Origin: Sulfuricellaceae bacterium
GTDB lineage: Bacteria > Pseudomonadota > Gammaproteobacteria > Burkholderiales > UBA9220
DNA length: 64,000 bases
Reading direction: 5' to 3'
NCBI GenBank assembly: GCA_050177075.1
Contig: JBFXHL010000001.1
Coordinates: 3,349 to 67,348, forward strand
Each line of letters opens with the position of its first letter. Position 1 is the first letter of the stretch. Position numbers and translations under genes: made by a program. Of the stretch, positions 12,504-21,339 are shown piece by piece. Under the pieces are notes generated by a model. It was given only the letters and a program-made list of their open reading frames with translations. It had not been told where the DNA came from and did not search any database.

Positions 12504-13073
12504 TTAAATCAATAACAAAGCGAATCTGATTATACCTATCGTATAAGCGGCGGCCAGCAGGTCGTCCAGCATGACGCCGAAGCCGCCGTGGGTATGGCGG
12601 TCGAAATAGCCGATGGGAAAGGGCTTCCAGATGTCGAACAGGCGGAACAGGGCGAAGGCCGCCCCGTACCACCAGACGGTCATGGGGGTGAAAACCAGCA
12701 CCAGCCACACCGCGACGATCTCGTCCCACACGATGCCGCCGAAGTCCGCTTCCCCCAGGGCCTTGCCGGTGACGTCGCAAAACCAGATGCCCACCAGGAA
12801 GGAAGCCGCCACCACCGCCAGGAGCCAGGGCTGGGGAAGAAAATAGGCCAGGGCCAGGTAGAGGGGAATCGCCACCGCGCTGCCGGCGGTGCCCGGCGCC
12901 TTGGGCGCCAGGCCGGAACCGAGGCCGAGGGCGAAGAAATGGGCCGGGTGGCGGAAAAGGAAGCGCCAATCGGGCGAAGCCGCGGATTGTCTCCCCCTCC
13001 CCGTCCCTCCCCCGCCTGCTGGAGAGGGGGACAAGGTGTCACCATGTGACTCTTTATTCACTGAAGTGGTCAA
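12504..13073 (-). CDS. pgpA: Phosphatidylglycerophosphatase A (start uncertain: TTG 13073, GTG 13061 or TTG 13034)
   Basis: The core FFALGLGSGLAPKAPGTAGSAVAIPLY... matches PgpA. There is no in-frame start downstream of the GC-rich repeat. Confidence 0.85.
   Translation of the reverse strand: MTTSVNKESHGDTLSPSPAGGGGTGRGRQSAASPDWRFLFRHPAHFFALGLGSGLAPKAPGTAGSAVAIPLYLALAYFLPQPWLLAVVAASFLVGIWFCDVTGKALGEADFGGIVWDEIVAVWLVLVFTPMTVWWYGAAFALFRLFDIWKPFPIGYFDRHTHGGFGVMLDDLLAAAYTIGIIRFALLLI
12990..13033 (-). repeat. Degenerate copy of the GC-rich hairpin repeat at the pgpA 5' end
   Basis: Minus strand reads CCCCCTCTCCAGCAGGCGGGGGAGGGACGGGGAGGGGGAGA, roughly 80% similar to the ygiQ TIR. Translated as [15 protein letters not shown]. 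Confidence 0.65.
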
Positions 13074-14010
13074 AGCCTGTCGCTCCCAGAGTCATCAATC
13101 GCCCGTCCTTCAGCACGGACAAACCTTCGTTCACAGTGATTCGCCCGATGGGCGTGAGGGGCAGTTCCAGCACCCGGGCCAGGGCCGCGATTTCGCCGTG
13201 ACGCTCGGCCGGGGCGGTAAAGCACAGCTCGTAGTCGTCCCCCCCCGCCAGCACGCACTGCTGCGTGACTTCCCTGTCCAGATGGCGCGCCACCACCTCG
13301 TTCACCGGCAGGGCCTCGAAGTTAATTTCCGCCCCGGTGCCGGAGCATTCCAGGATATGCCCCAGGTCAGCCAGGAGGCCGTCGGAGATGTCGATGGCGG
13401 CATGGGCCACGCCCCGCAGGGCAAGGCCGAGGTCAATGCGAGGCTGGGGCACGTACAGGCTGGGCAGGCAGGCGGCGGCTTCGAAGGGGTCCAGCTCCAC
13501 CCGCCCCTGGCGATGGGCCAGGGCCAGGGCGGCGGCGCCGAGGTGGCCGGAGACCCAGATTTCGTCTCCCGGCTGGGCGGCGTCGCGGCGCAGGGCCTCG
13601 TCCGCCGGCACTTCGCCGATGATCTGCACCGAGATGTTGCGGGGCCCCTTGGTCGTGTCGCCTCCCACCAGCTCCACGCCGAATTTCTGCGCCAGGCCGA
13701 AGAAGCCGCCGGCGAAGCCCTGCAGCCACTTCTCGTCCGCCTCGGGCAGGGCCAGGGAGAGCAGCACCCAGCGGGGCTGGGCGCCCATGGCGGCCATGTC
13801 GGACAGGTTCACCGCCAGGGATTTGTGGCCCACGGTGCCGGGCCCGTCCTGGGGAGAAAAATGCCGCCCTTCCACCAGCATGTCGGCGGAAACCGCCAGC
13901 ACCATGCCGGGCGTCGGGGCCAGCAGGGCGGCATCGTCCCCCACCCCGAGCAGGGCGCCGGGGGCGGGACGGGTGAAGAAGCGTTTGATGAGGTCGAATT
14001 CGGAGGGCAT
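13054..14010 (-). CDS. thiL: Thiamine-monophosphate kinase
   Basis: 318 aa. MPSEFDLIKRFF...GVGDDAALL is a typical ThiL N-terminus. Confidence 0.92.
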   Translation of the reverse strand: MPSEFDLIKRFFTRPAPGALLGVGDDAALLAPTPGMVLAVSADMLVEGRHFSPQDGPGTVGHKSLAVNLSDMAAMGAQPRWVLLSLALPEADEKWLQGFAGGFFGLAQKFGVELVGGDTTKGPRNISVQIIGEVPADEALRRDAAQPGDEIWVSGHLGAAALALAHRQGRVELDPFEAAACLPSLYVPQPRIDLGLALRGVAHAAIDISDGLLADLGHILECSGTGAEINFEALPVNEVVARHLDREVTQQCVLAGGDDYELCFTAPAERHGEIAALARVLELPLTPIGRITVNEGLSVLKDGRLMTLGATGFDHFSE

Positions 14011-14087
14011 GGCTCAGGCCGTGAGGCGCGAAGAGGGAGGAGTGAGGAGAATGGCCATCGCCGACGCCCCGCCTAAGGCCTTATCCG

Positions 14088-14576
14088 TCACGCCCCGGGT
14101 TTCGGGCTTTTCTTTTTCGGTTCGAGCTTGGCGGCGATTTCCACCGCCCGCAGCTGGCCGGCCAGCTTGTCGAGGACGCCGTTGACGAACTTGTGGCCGT
14201 CGGTGCCGCCGTAGATCTTGGCCAGCTCCACCGCCTCGTTGATCACCACCCGGTAGGGAATCTCGGGGTGCTTCTGCAGCTCGTACCCCCCCAGGAGAAG
14301 GATGGCGTGCTCGATGGGGGACAGCTCCTCCACCTTGCGGTCGATGTGGGGCGCGATCAGTGCGTCGAGGTCGGCGGACGCGTCAATGGCGCCGGTGACC
14401 AGGCCGGCGAAATGGGCCTCGTCGATCTTGGCGAATTCCTTCTCTTCGGCCAGCTGGGACATGACCACTCCCGCCGGGTCCCCCGCCATCTTCCACTGGT
14501 ACAGGGCCTGGAGGGCGAATTCCCGGGTCTTGCGGCGGCTCTTCTTGGGGCCGGATTCGGGTTTGGTCGAGGTCAT
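14088..14576 (-). CDS. nusB: Transcription antitermination factor NusB
   Basis: [15 protein letters not shown].... The ATG at 14576 overlaps the ribH stop (ATGA). The track uses an alternative GTG at 14582. Confidence 0.92.
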   Translation of the reverse strand: MTSTKPESGPKKSRRKTREFALQALYQWKMAGDPAGVVMSQLAEEKEFAKIDEAHFAGLVTGAIDASADLDALIAPHIDRKVEELSPIEHAILLLGGYELQKHPEIPYRVVINEAVELAKIYGGTDGHKFVNGVLDKLAGQLRAVEIAAKLEPKKKSPKPGA

Positions 14577-15040
14577 AGGCACTTCAGCAGGTTGGCCATT
14601 TCCACCGCGGCCTTGGCGCAGTCGGCGCCCTTTTCGGCCATGCGGGCCAGGGCCTGCTCGTCGGTGTCGGTGGTGAGTATGCCGTTGGCGATGGGCACGC
14701 CGGTATCGAGGCCGACGCGGGTGATGCCGGAGCCGGACTCGTTGGACACCAGCTCGAAATGGTAGGTATCGCCGCGGATCACCGCCCCCAGGGCGATGAG
14801 CGCGTCGTACTTGCCGGAGCGGGCCATCTTCTGGAGGATGATGGGGTGCTCCAGAGCGCCGGGAACGGTGGCCAGGGTGATGTCGCTTTCAGCCACGCCC
14901 AGCTTCACCAGCTCGTCGCGGCAGGCGCCCAGCAGGCCCTCGCACACGTCGATGTTGAAGCGGCTCATGACGATGCCGATTTTCAGGCCCTTGCCGTCCA
15001 GGTTCTGTTCGCATTCGGTGATGTTGTCGTAATGTGCCAT
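14573..15040 (-). CDS. ribH: 6,7-dimethyl-8-ribityllumazine synthase
   Basis: 155 aa. [10 protein letters not shown]...ATVPGALE... is canonical RibH. Confidence 0.95.
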   Translation of the reverse strand: MAHYDNITECEQNLDGKGLKIGIVMSRFNIDVCEGLLGACRDELVKLGVAESDITLATVPGALEHPIILQKMARSGKYDALIALGAVIRGDTYHFELVSNESGSGITRVGLDTGVPIANGILTTDTDEQALARMAEKGADCAKAAVEMANLLKCL

Positions 15041-15061
15041 GAAAAAGGGTTCCTTGTTCGG

Positions 15062-16153
15062 TTAAGCCTTGGGTTCCTGGTAGCCCGTCACTTCCAGGTC
15101 GAAGCCGGTCATGCTCGGCATCTTGCGGGGGACGGCCAGGAGCCGCATCTTGGTGACGTTCAGGTCCCGCAGGATCTGGGCGCCAATGCCGTAGTTGCGC
15201 AAGTCCACCTTGGAAGCGGGCTTGGGCTCGGAGCGCTGGAGGCGTTCCAGCAGATCGCCGCCGGTTTCGGTGCGGCGCATCAGGATGATGACGCCCTTGC
15301 CCGCTTCGGCCACCGCCTTCATGGCCTCGGGGACGCTGAAGGCGTGGTCCAGGCTGTGGCTGTCCAGCAGGTCCAGCACCGACAGGGGCTCGTGGACCCG
15401 CACCAGCACTTCCTCGCCGGGAACGATATCGCCCTTGACCAGGGCCAGGTGCACTTCGTTGGCGGTCTTGTCCTTGTAGCCGATCAGCTTGAATTCACCG
15501 AAGCAGGTGTTGACGGTACGCTCCGCCGCCCGCTCCACCAGGCGCTCGTTCTGGCTGCGGTAGTGGATGAGGTCGGCGATGGTGCCGATCTTCAGGCCGT
15601 GCTCCTTGGCGAACACCAGCAGGTCCGGCAGGCGGGCCATTTCGCCGTCTTCCTTGATGATTTCGCAGATCACCGCCGCCGGCTCCACCCCCGCCATGGC
15701 GGCCAGGTCGCAGCCCGCCTCGGTGTGACCGGCGCGGACCAGCACGCCGCCCTTCTGGGCCTTCAGCGGGAAGATGTGGCCGGGCTGGTTGAGGTCGGTG
15801 GGCTTGGCATCCTTCTTCACCGCCGCCAGGATGGTCTTCGCCCGGTCGGAGGCGGAGATGCCGGTGGTCACCCCCTCCGCCGCCTCGATGGAGACGGTGA
15901 AGTTGGTGCCCAGGGCCAGCTTGTTGGCGGACACCATCAGGGGCAGGTCCAGCTGGCGGCAGCGCTCTTCGGTGAGGGTCAGGCACACCAGGCCGCGGGC
16001 GTGGCGAATCATGAAATTGATGGCTTCGGGAGTGACGAATTCGGCGGCCATCACCAGGTCGCCTTCGTTCTCCCTGTCTTCCTCGTCCACCAGGACGACC
16101 ATGCGGCCGGCCTTGATTTCGGCGATGATTTCTTCGGTGCTGCTGATTGTCAT
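15062..16153 (-). CDS. ribB: 3,4-dihydroxy-2-butanone-4-phosphate synthase with a degenerate GTP-cyclohydrolase-II-like C-terminal domain (RibBX type)
   Basis: Starts MTISSTEEIIAEIKAGRMVVLVDEEDRENEGDL. The C-terminal domain reads RVHEPLSVLDLLDSHS where active RibA has the RVHSECLTGD...C.C zinc triad. The ATG overlaps the ribE stop. Confidence 0.9.
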   Translation of the reverse strand: MTISSTEEIIAEIKAGRMVVLVDEEDRENEGDLVMAAEFVTPEAINFMIRHARGLVCLTLTEERCRQLDLPLMVSANKLALGTNFTVSIEAAEGVTTGISASDRAKTILAAVKKDAKPTDLNQPGHIFPLKAQKGGVLVRAGHTEAGCDLAAMAGVEPAAVICEIIKEDGEMARLPDLLVFAKEHGLKIGTIADLIHYRSQNERLVERAAERTVNTCFGEFKLIGYKDKTANEVHLALVKGDIVPGEEVLVRVHEPLSVLDLLDSHSLDHAFSVPEAMKAVAEAGKGVIILMRRTETGGDLLERLQRSEPKPASKVDLRNYGIGAQILRDLNVTKMRLLAVPRKMPSMTGFDLEVTGYQEPKA

Positions 16154-16755
16154 TTTTGCGTGTCCTGGAATTGCATCATGCGTTCTACGTAGCGGGCGAT
16201 CAGGTCCACTTCCAGATTGACCTTGGAGCCCGCCTTGAGGTGCTTGAGGGTGGTGACCTCCAGCGTGTGGGGGATCAAATTGATGGTGAATTCGTCGTGC
16301 TCCACCGAGTTCACCGTGAGGCTGACGCCGTTCACCGTCATGGAGCCCTTGTAGGCGATGTACTTGGCGATGGACAGGGGCGCCTTGATGCGCAGCAGGT
16401 AGCATTCCCCAACGGGGTCGAAGGACACCACCGTGCCCACCCCGTCCACGTGGCCGGAAACCAGGTGGCCGCCGATCTGGTCGTTGAGGCGCATGGCCTT
16501 CTCCAGGTTCAGCTCGCCCCCTTCCACCCCCAGGCCCTCGGTGCAGTTGAGGGTTTCCCGGGACACGTCCACCTGGTAGGCATCATTGCCCACCTTGCTG
16601 ATGACCGTGAGGCACACGCCGTTGGCGGCGATGCTGTCCCCCAGGGAAACGTCGGACAGGTCCAGGCCCGAAGAGCGGATGGTGAGCCGCACGCCTTGGG
16701 CGAGAGGCTCCAGTTTCTCGATTTTGCCGACGGCTTGGACGATGCCGGTGAACAT
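16150..16755 (-). CDS. ribE: Riboflavin synthase alpha chain
   Basis: 201 aa, MFTGIVQAVGKIEKLE.... Internal duplication typical of the family. Confidence 0.95.
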   Translation of the reverse strand: MFTGIVQAVGKIEKLEPLAQGVRLTIRSSGLDLSDVSLGDSIAANGVCLTVISKVGNDAYQVDVSRETLNCTEGLGVEGGELNLEKAMRLNDQIGGHLVSGHVDGVGTVVSFDPVGECYLLRIKAPLSIAKYIAYKGSMTVNGVSLTVNSVEHDEFTINLIPHTLEVTTLKHLKAGSKVNLEVDLIARYVERMMQFQDTQK

Positions 16756-16779
16756 GCTTGAAATTCCTTAATCTTCGTT

Positions 16780-17529
16780 TTAACGGGAAACGCGACCGAC
16801 GCGCAGATGGACCGGCCATTTTATTGTTTTCTTGGCTTCAGGAGAACCCCAAGCCGCCGCCAGGCGCTCGCGGAGTTCCGCCACCGGGTCGCTGCCCCGC
16901 TCCTCCCGGTAGCGCTGCACCGCCGACCAGGTGCCGAAGTAGCCCAGCAGGTCGTCCAGGTCCCACGCCGCCTCCATGGCGAATTCCGGCGCCACCGTTT
17001 CCGGCAGGGGAAAGGGCACCGTGCGGTACTCCTCCTCGATCAGGCGACGTTCCGGCGGCCAATAGGGGCCAACCGTTTCCGAGTAAAACACATCCAGCAC
17101 CGCGTCCGTCTCGCTGCCGGTGCGAAACAGCCCGTAGCACCAGGCCGCCAGCACGCCGCCGGGTTTCAGCACCCGCTCGGCCTCGGCGTAAAAGGCGGAA
17201 AAATCGAACCAGTGCAGGGCCTGGGCCACGGTGATCAGGTCCACGCTGGCGTCTTCGAGACTGCTGCGCTCCGCCGGCTCCACCCGGTATTCCACCTTGG
17301 GGTGGGCTTCGGCATTGTTTATCTGCCTGGCGCTGGGGTCGGTGGCCACCACCCGCTCGAACAGCCGCGCCAGTTCCACCGCCACCTGGCCGCTGCCGGT
17401 GCCCGCGTCCCAGGCCAGGTCGCGCCCGGGCGCCTGCTCCGCCAGCCAGTCGAGCAGGGCCGGCGGATAATGGGGGCGGTACTTGGCGTAGTCGGCGGCC
17501 TGCCGGGAGAAGTGGTCCTTGAAGCTCAC
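16780..17529 (-). CDS. Class I SAM-dependent methyltransferase
   Basis: 249 aa from the GTG at 17529, which overlaps the ribD stop (GTGA). Motif I is LAWDAGTGSGQVAVELA. The N-terminal part of track ORF 16780..18108 is antisense to ribD and was discarded. Confidence 0.8.
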   Translation of the reverse strand: MSFKDHFSRQAADYAKYRPHYPPALLDWLAEQAPGRDLAWDAGTGSGQVAVELARLFERVVATDPSARQINNAEAHPKVEYRVEPAERSSLEDASVDLITVAQALHWFDFSAFYAEAERVLKPGGVLAAWCYGLFRTGSETDAVLDVFYSETVGPYWPPERRLIEEEYRTVPFPLPETVAPEFAMEAAWDLDDLLGYFGTWSAVQRYREERGSDPVAELRERLAAAWGSPEAKKTIKWPVHLRVGRVSR

Positions 17530-18632
17530 ACCGCGCTTTCCGGCACCAGGGTGAGGCGCAAATCCTGCCCCACCTGGCGGGTGTCCAGTACACGCAACTG
17601 CCGCTTGCCGACCATGTCGGCCAGTTCCGGCAGGTCGAACAGGCCCCGCGCCTTGTCGCCCATCAGGATGGGCGCGAGATAGAGCACGATCTCGTCCACC
17701 AGCCCGGCTTTCAGCAGGGCGCCGTTGAGGCGGGCACCGGCCTCCACCGTCACTTCGTTGAGTTCCCGCCGCCCCAGTTCGGCCAGCAGGGCGGCCAGGT
17801 CCACGTGGCCGTCCCGTTGCGGCAGTTCCAGCACTTCCGCCCCGGCGGCCCGCAGGTGCTCGGCCTTGCGGGCATCGGCCCCGGCCATGGCGGCGATCAG
17901 CACGGAACCCTGGGCGAGTATCCTCGCCGTCGGCGGCGTTTGCAGGCGGCTGTCCACCACTATTCGCAGTGGCTGGCGGCCGATGTCCAGTTCCCGCACC
18001 GTGAGCTGCGGGTCGTCGGCCAACACGGTGCCGACGCCGGTGAGCATGGCGCTGGAGCGTGCCCGCAGGGCCTGCACGTCGTGACGGGCGGCGGGGCCGG
18101 TGATCCACTGGCTCTTGCCGTTGTTGAGGGCGGTCTTACCGTCCAGGCTGGCGGCGATTTTCAGCCGCAGCCAGGGGCGGCCCCGGCTCATGCGGGAGAT
18201 GAAGCCAGTGTTGAGGCGGCGCGCCTCCTGCTCCAGCAGGCCGCAGGCGGTGGGAATGCCGGCCAGTTCCAGCATGGAGAGGCCGTTTCCCGCCACCAGG
18301 GGGTTGGGGTCCTGCATGGCGGCCACCACCCGGGCGACTTTGGCGTCGATCAGGGCCGCCGCGCAGGGCGGGGTGCGGCCGTGGTGGCTGCAGGGTTCCA
18401 AGGTGACGTAGGCGGTGGCGCCTTGGGCTTTGTCCCCCGCCGCCCGCAGGGCGTGGATTTCGGCGTGGGGCTCGCCAGCCCGCTGGTGCCAGCCTTCGCC
18501 GACGATTTCGCCGTCCTTGACCAGGACGCAGCCGACGCGGGGGTTGGGCGTGGTAGTATGGAGGCCCTTTTCCGCCAGTTGCAGGGCCCGGGCCATGAAG
18601 GCGTGGTCTTGCGCGGAGAAAGCCCCGGACAT
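17526..18632 (-). CDS. ribD: Bifunctional riboflavin biosynthesis deaminase/reductase
   Basis: 368 aa. Deaminase motif HAEIHAL...LEPCSHHGRTPPC. Confidence 0.95.
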   Translation of the reverse strand: MSGAFSAQDHAFMARALQLAEKGLHTTTPNPRVGCVLVKDGEIVGEGWHQRAGEPHAEIHALRAAGDKAQGATAYVTLEPCSHHGRTPPCAAALIDAKVARVVAAMQDPNPLVAGNGLSMLELAGIPTACGLLEQEARRLNTGFISRMSRGRPWLRLKIAASLDGKTALNNGKSQWITGPAARHDVQALRARSSAMLTGVGTVLADDPQLTVRELDIGRQPLRIVVDSRLQTPPTARILAQGSVLIAAMAGADARKAEHLRAAGAEVLELPQRDGHVDLAALLAELGRRELNEVTVEAGARLNGALLKAGLVDEIVLYLAPILMGDKARGLFDLPELADMVGKRQLRVLDTRQVGQDLRLTLVPESAV

Positions 18633-19081
18633 TACTCGTCCAGGTCCTCGATCACGTCGCGGAAGTCGTCCACGTCCTGGAAGCTGCGGTAGACCGAGGC
18701 GAAGCGGATGTAGGCCACCTTGTCGAGCTTGCGCAGCTCGTTCATCACCAGCTCGCCCACCTGGCGGGAGGGGATTTCCTTCTCCCCCAGGGAAAGGAGG
18801 CGTTGCACCACGCGCTCGATGGCTTCATCCACCAATTCGGCGGACACCGGGCGCTTGTGGAGGGCGCGGGTGAAACCGACGCGCAGCTTGTCCCGGGAAA
18901 ACTCCTCCCGGCTGCCGTTGCTTTTCACCAGCTGGGGCATGCGCAGTTCCACCACCTCGTAGGTGGTGAAGCGCTTGTTGCAGGCCTGGCAGCGCCGCCG
19001 CCGGCGAATGCTGTCCCCCTCCTCGTTGACCCGGGAGTCGATGACTTGGGTGTCAGTGGCGCCGCAGTAGGGGCATTTCAT
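18632..19081 (-). CDS. nrdR: Transcriptional repressor NrdR
   Basis: 149 aa. [17 protein letters not shown]...[16 protein letters not shown] zinc ribbon plus ATP-cone. Confidence 0.97.
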   Translation of the reverse strand: MKCPYCGATDTQVIDSRVNEEGDSIRRRRRCQACNKRFTTYEVVELRMPQLVKSNGSREEFSRDKLRVGFTRALHKRPVSAELVDEAIERVVQRLLSLGEKEIPSRQVGELVMNELRKLDKVAYIRFASVYRSFQDVDDFRDVIEDLDE

Positions 19082-19091
19082 GGTGGTTAGC

Positions 19092-19170
19092 CGAGAGTTG
19101 TCAGCCGGGAGTCGAGAGTGAAAGAGTCGTGGTTTTTTGCTCTCGACTCTCCGCTCTCAACTCTCGACTC
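19092..19170. repeat. Nested inverted/direct repeats (GAGTCGAGAG motif) filling the glyA-nrdR intergenic region
   Basis: Outer 9-bp stem pairs 19092-19100 with 19158-19166. Inner 10/11-bp stem pairs 19108-19118 with 19140-19150. A third motif copy lies at 19161-19170, and a GAGTCG copy sits in the apical loop. Confidence 0.6.
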
Positions 19171-20413
19171 ATTTCCCATACACCGGGAACTTGTCGCACA
19201 TCGCCTTGACCTCGTTGGCGACCTTGGACAACACGGCTTCGTCCATGGGGTTGTCCAGCACGTCGGCGATCAGATTGGCCAGCTTCTCGGCTTCCACTTC
19301 CTTGAAGCCGCGGGTGGTCATGGCCGGGGAGCCGATGCGGATGCCGCTGGTGACGAAGGGCTTCTCGGGGTCGTTGGGGATGGCGTTCTTGTTCACCGTG
19401 ATGTGGGCGCGGCCTAGGGCGGCTTCGGCGTCCTTGCCGGTGATCTTCTTGGCCCGCAGGTCCACCAGGAACACGTGGCTCTCGGTGCGGCCGGAAACGA
19501 TGCGCAGGCCGCGCTCCTGGAGCACCTTGGCCATCACCTGGGCGTTGGCGATCACCTGGGCCTGGTAAGCTTTGAACTCCTTGCTCGCCGCTTCCTTCAG
19601 GGCCACCGCCTTGGCGGCGATGACGTGCATCAGGGGACCGCCCTGGATGTTGGGGAAGATGGCGGAGTTCAGCGCCTTCTCATGCTCGGCGCTGGACAGG
19701 ATGAGGCCGCCGCGGGGGCCGCGCAGGGTCTTGTGGGTGGTGGTGGTGACGAAGTCGGCGATGCCCACCGGGCTGGGGTAGACGCCCGCGGCCACCAGGC
19801 CGGCGTAGTGGGCCATGTCCACGAAGAGGTAGGCGCCGACGGAATCGGCGATCTTGCGGAAGCGTTTCCAGTCGATCACCAGGGCGTAGGCGGAGGCGCC
19901 GGCGACGATCATCTTGGGCTTGTGCTCGGTGGCGAGGCGCTGCACCTCGTCGTAGTCGATTTCTTCCTTGTCGTTCAGGCCGTAGGTAATGGCGTTGAAC
20001 ACCTTGCCGGAGAAGTTGACCGAGGCGCCGTGGGTCAGGTGGCCGCCGTGGGCCAGGGACATGCCGAGGATGGTGTCGCCGGGCTTGAGGACGGACAGGT
20101 AGACCGCGGCGTTGGCCTGGGAACCGGAGTGGGGCTGGACGTTGGCGTACTCGGCGCCGAACAGGGACTTGGCGCGGTCGATGGCCAGCTGCTCGGCCAC
20201 ATCGACGTATTCGCAACCGCCGTAGTAACGCTTGCCAGGATAACCCTCGGCGTACTTGTTGGTCAGCACGGAGCCCTGGGCTTCCATCACCGCCGGGCTG
20301 GTGTAGTTCTCGGAGGCGATGAGCTCGATGTGGTCTTCCTGGCGGCGGCGCTCGCCTTCCATGGCATTCCACAGTTCGGGGTCGAATTCCTTGATGGTGT
20401 TGGCGGTAAACAT
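19169..20413 (-). CDS. glyA: Serine hydroxymethyltransferase
   Basis: Starts [15 protein letters not shown], with AAGGA 9 nt upstream. Canonical SHMT sequence ([13 protein letters not shown]). Confidence 0.97.
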   Translation of the reverse strand: MFTANTIKEFDPELWNAMEGERRRQEDHIELIASENYTSPAVMEAQGSVLTNKYAEGYPGKRYYGGCEYVDVAEQLAIDRAKSLFGAEYANVQPHSGSQANAAVYLSVLKPGDTILGMSLAHGGHLTHGASVNFSGKVFNAITYGLNDKEEIDYDEVQRLATEHKPKMIVAGASAYALVIDWKRFRKIADSVGAYLFVDMAHYAGLVAAGVYPSPVGIADFVTTTTHKTLRGPRGGLILSSAEHEKALNSAIFPNIQGGPLMHVIAAKAVALKEAASKEFKAYQAQVIANAQVMAKVLQERGLRIVSGRTESHVFLVDLRAKKITGKDAEAALGRAHITVNKNAIPNDPEKPFVTSGIRIGSPAMTTRGFKEVEAEKLANLIADVLDNPMDEAVLSKVANEVKAMCDKFPVYGK

Positions 20414-20469
20414 CGATGGTCCTTGTAACTGGCTTAGCAAAAAGCGAATTTTAGCACACGGCGGGGGTC

Positions 20470-21300
20470 TTAGGTGACGGTGTCGCCCTTGGCCTGGCTT
20501 TCATCCACGGGGCAAGGCCGTGCGATCGTGTGCTGCTCCAGTTCCCGCCGCAGGGAGGCGATTTCCTCCCGCAGGGCCTTGATGTCGCCGTGCATTTCCC
20601 GGCGCAGCAGGCGCTCGTCCTCGCCGATGAACATGGCGGCGATGCTCGCCGTGACCAGCGAGAGAATGGAGTAGCCGATCAGGACGATGGCCACGGACAT
20701 CACCCGGGTCAGGCCCGTGGTGGGCACCAGGTCGCCATAGCCCACCGTGGCGCTGGTGGTGAAGGCCAGCCACAGGCCCTCGCTGAAGGATTGCACGCTG
20801 GGCTCCAGCCAGTAGTAGGAGGCGCCGGAAACCGCCAGGGCCACCATCCACAGCAGCAACAGGCTGGGAATGGCATGGGGGGACAGCAGCCGGCGGGCGG
20901 AGGCGATCAGGCGGGCGAAAATCAGCCCGGCATAGAACAGCCGCAGCAAACGCACCAGGGGCAGCCATTCCAGCCCCACCCCCACCAGCCCCAGGCCGGA
21001 GCCGGCGATGATCACCAGGTTGAGCCAGTTGCGCCGCACGTAGAGCCGCCTCTGCTGGGTGAGGCTGAGCATGAGGATCATTTCCGCCGAAAAAACGAAG
21101 AAAATCAGGGCATCCAGCTCCCAGCCCAGGATTTGGAGCTCCGCGGCGACGGCAATATCCTCGAGATAGAAGGCAGGAATAGCCAGCAGCGCCACCCCCA
21201 TCATCACCCAGTGGAGGCGGCGCTCCCAGTCGTAAGCCTTGGGGTTGTCGTGGGGAGGCACTCCTCCCATGCCCAGCAGATGGCGGAAATCCTTTTGCAT
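20470..21300 (-). CDS. Potassium channel protein
   Basis: Multi-TM protein with the K+ selectivity filter TSATVGYGD and a C-terminal coiled coil. Confidence 0.8.
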   Translation of the reverse strand: MQKDFRHLLGMGGVPPHDNPKAYDWERRLHWVMMGVALLAIPAFYLEDIAVAAELQILGWELDALIFFVFSAEMILMLSLTQQRRLYVRRNWLNLVIIAGSGLGLVGVGLEWLPLVRLLRLFYAGLIFARLIASARRLLSPHAIPSLLLLWMVALAVSGASYYWLEPSVQSFSEGLWLAFTTSATVGYGDLVPTTGLTRVMSVAIVLIGYSILSLVTASIAAMFIGEDERLLRREMHGDIKALREEIASLRRELEQHTIARPCPVDESQAKGDTVT

Positions 21301-21339
21301 GCCGCTTTCCTTTTCAAGAATCCGGCCATTCTACCAATT

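Noticed and set aside
14583-20440. Expectation of an FMN (RFN) riboswitch in the rib gene string, or a regulatory leader before glyA
   Set aside because: Intergenic gaps within nrdR-ribD-MT-ribE-ribB-ribH are 0-24 nt, too short for an RFN element. None of the conserved RFN sequence blocks was seen.
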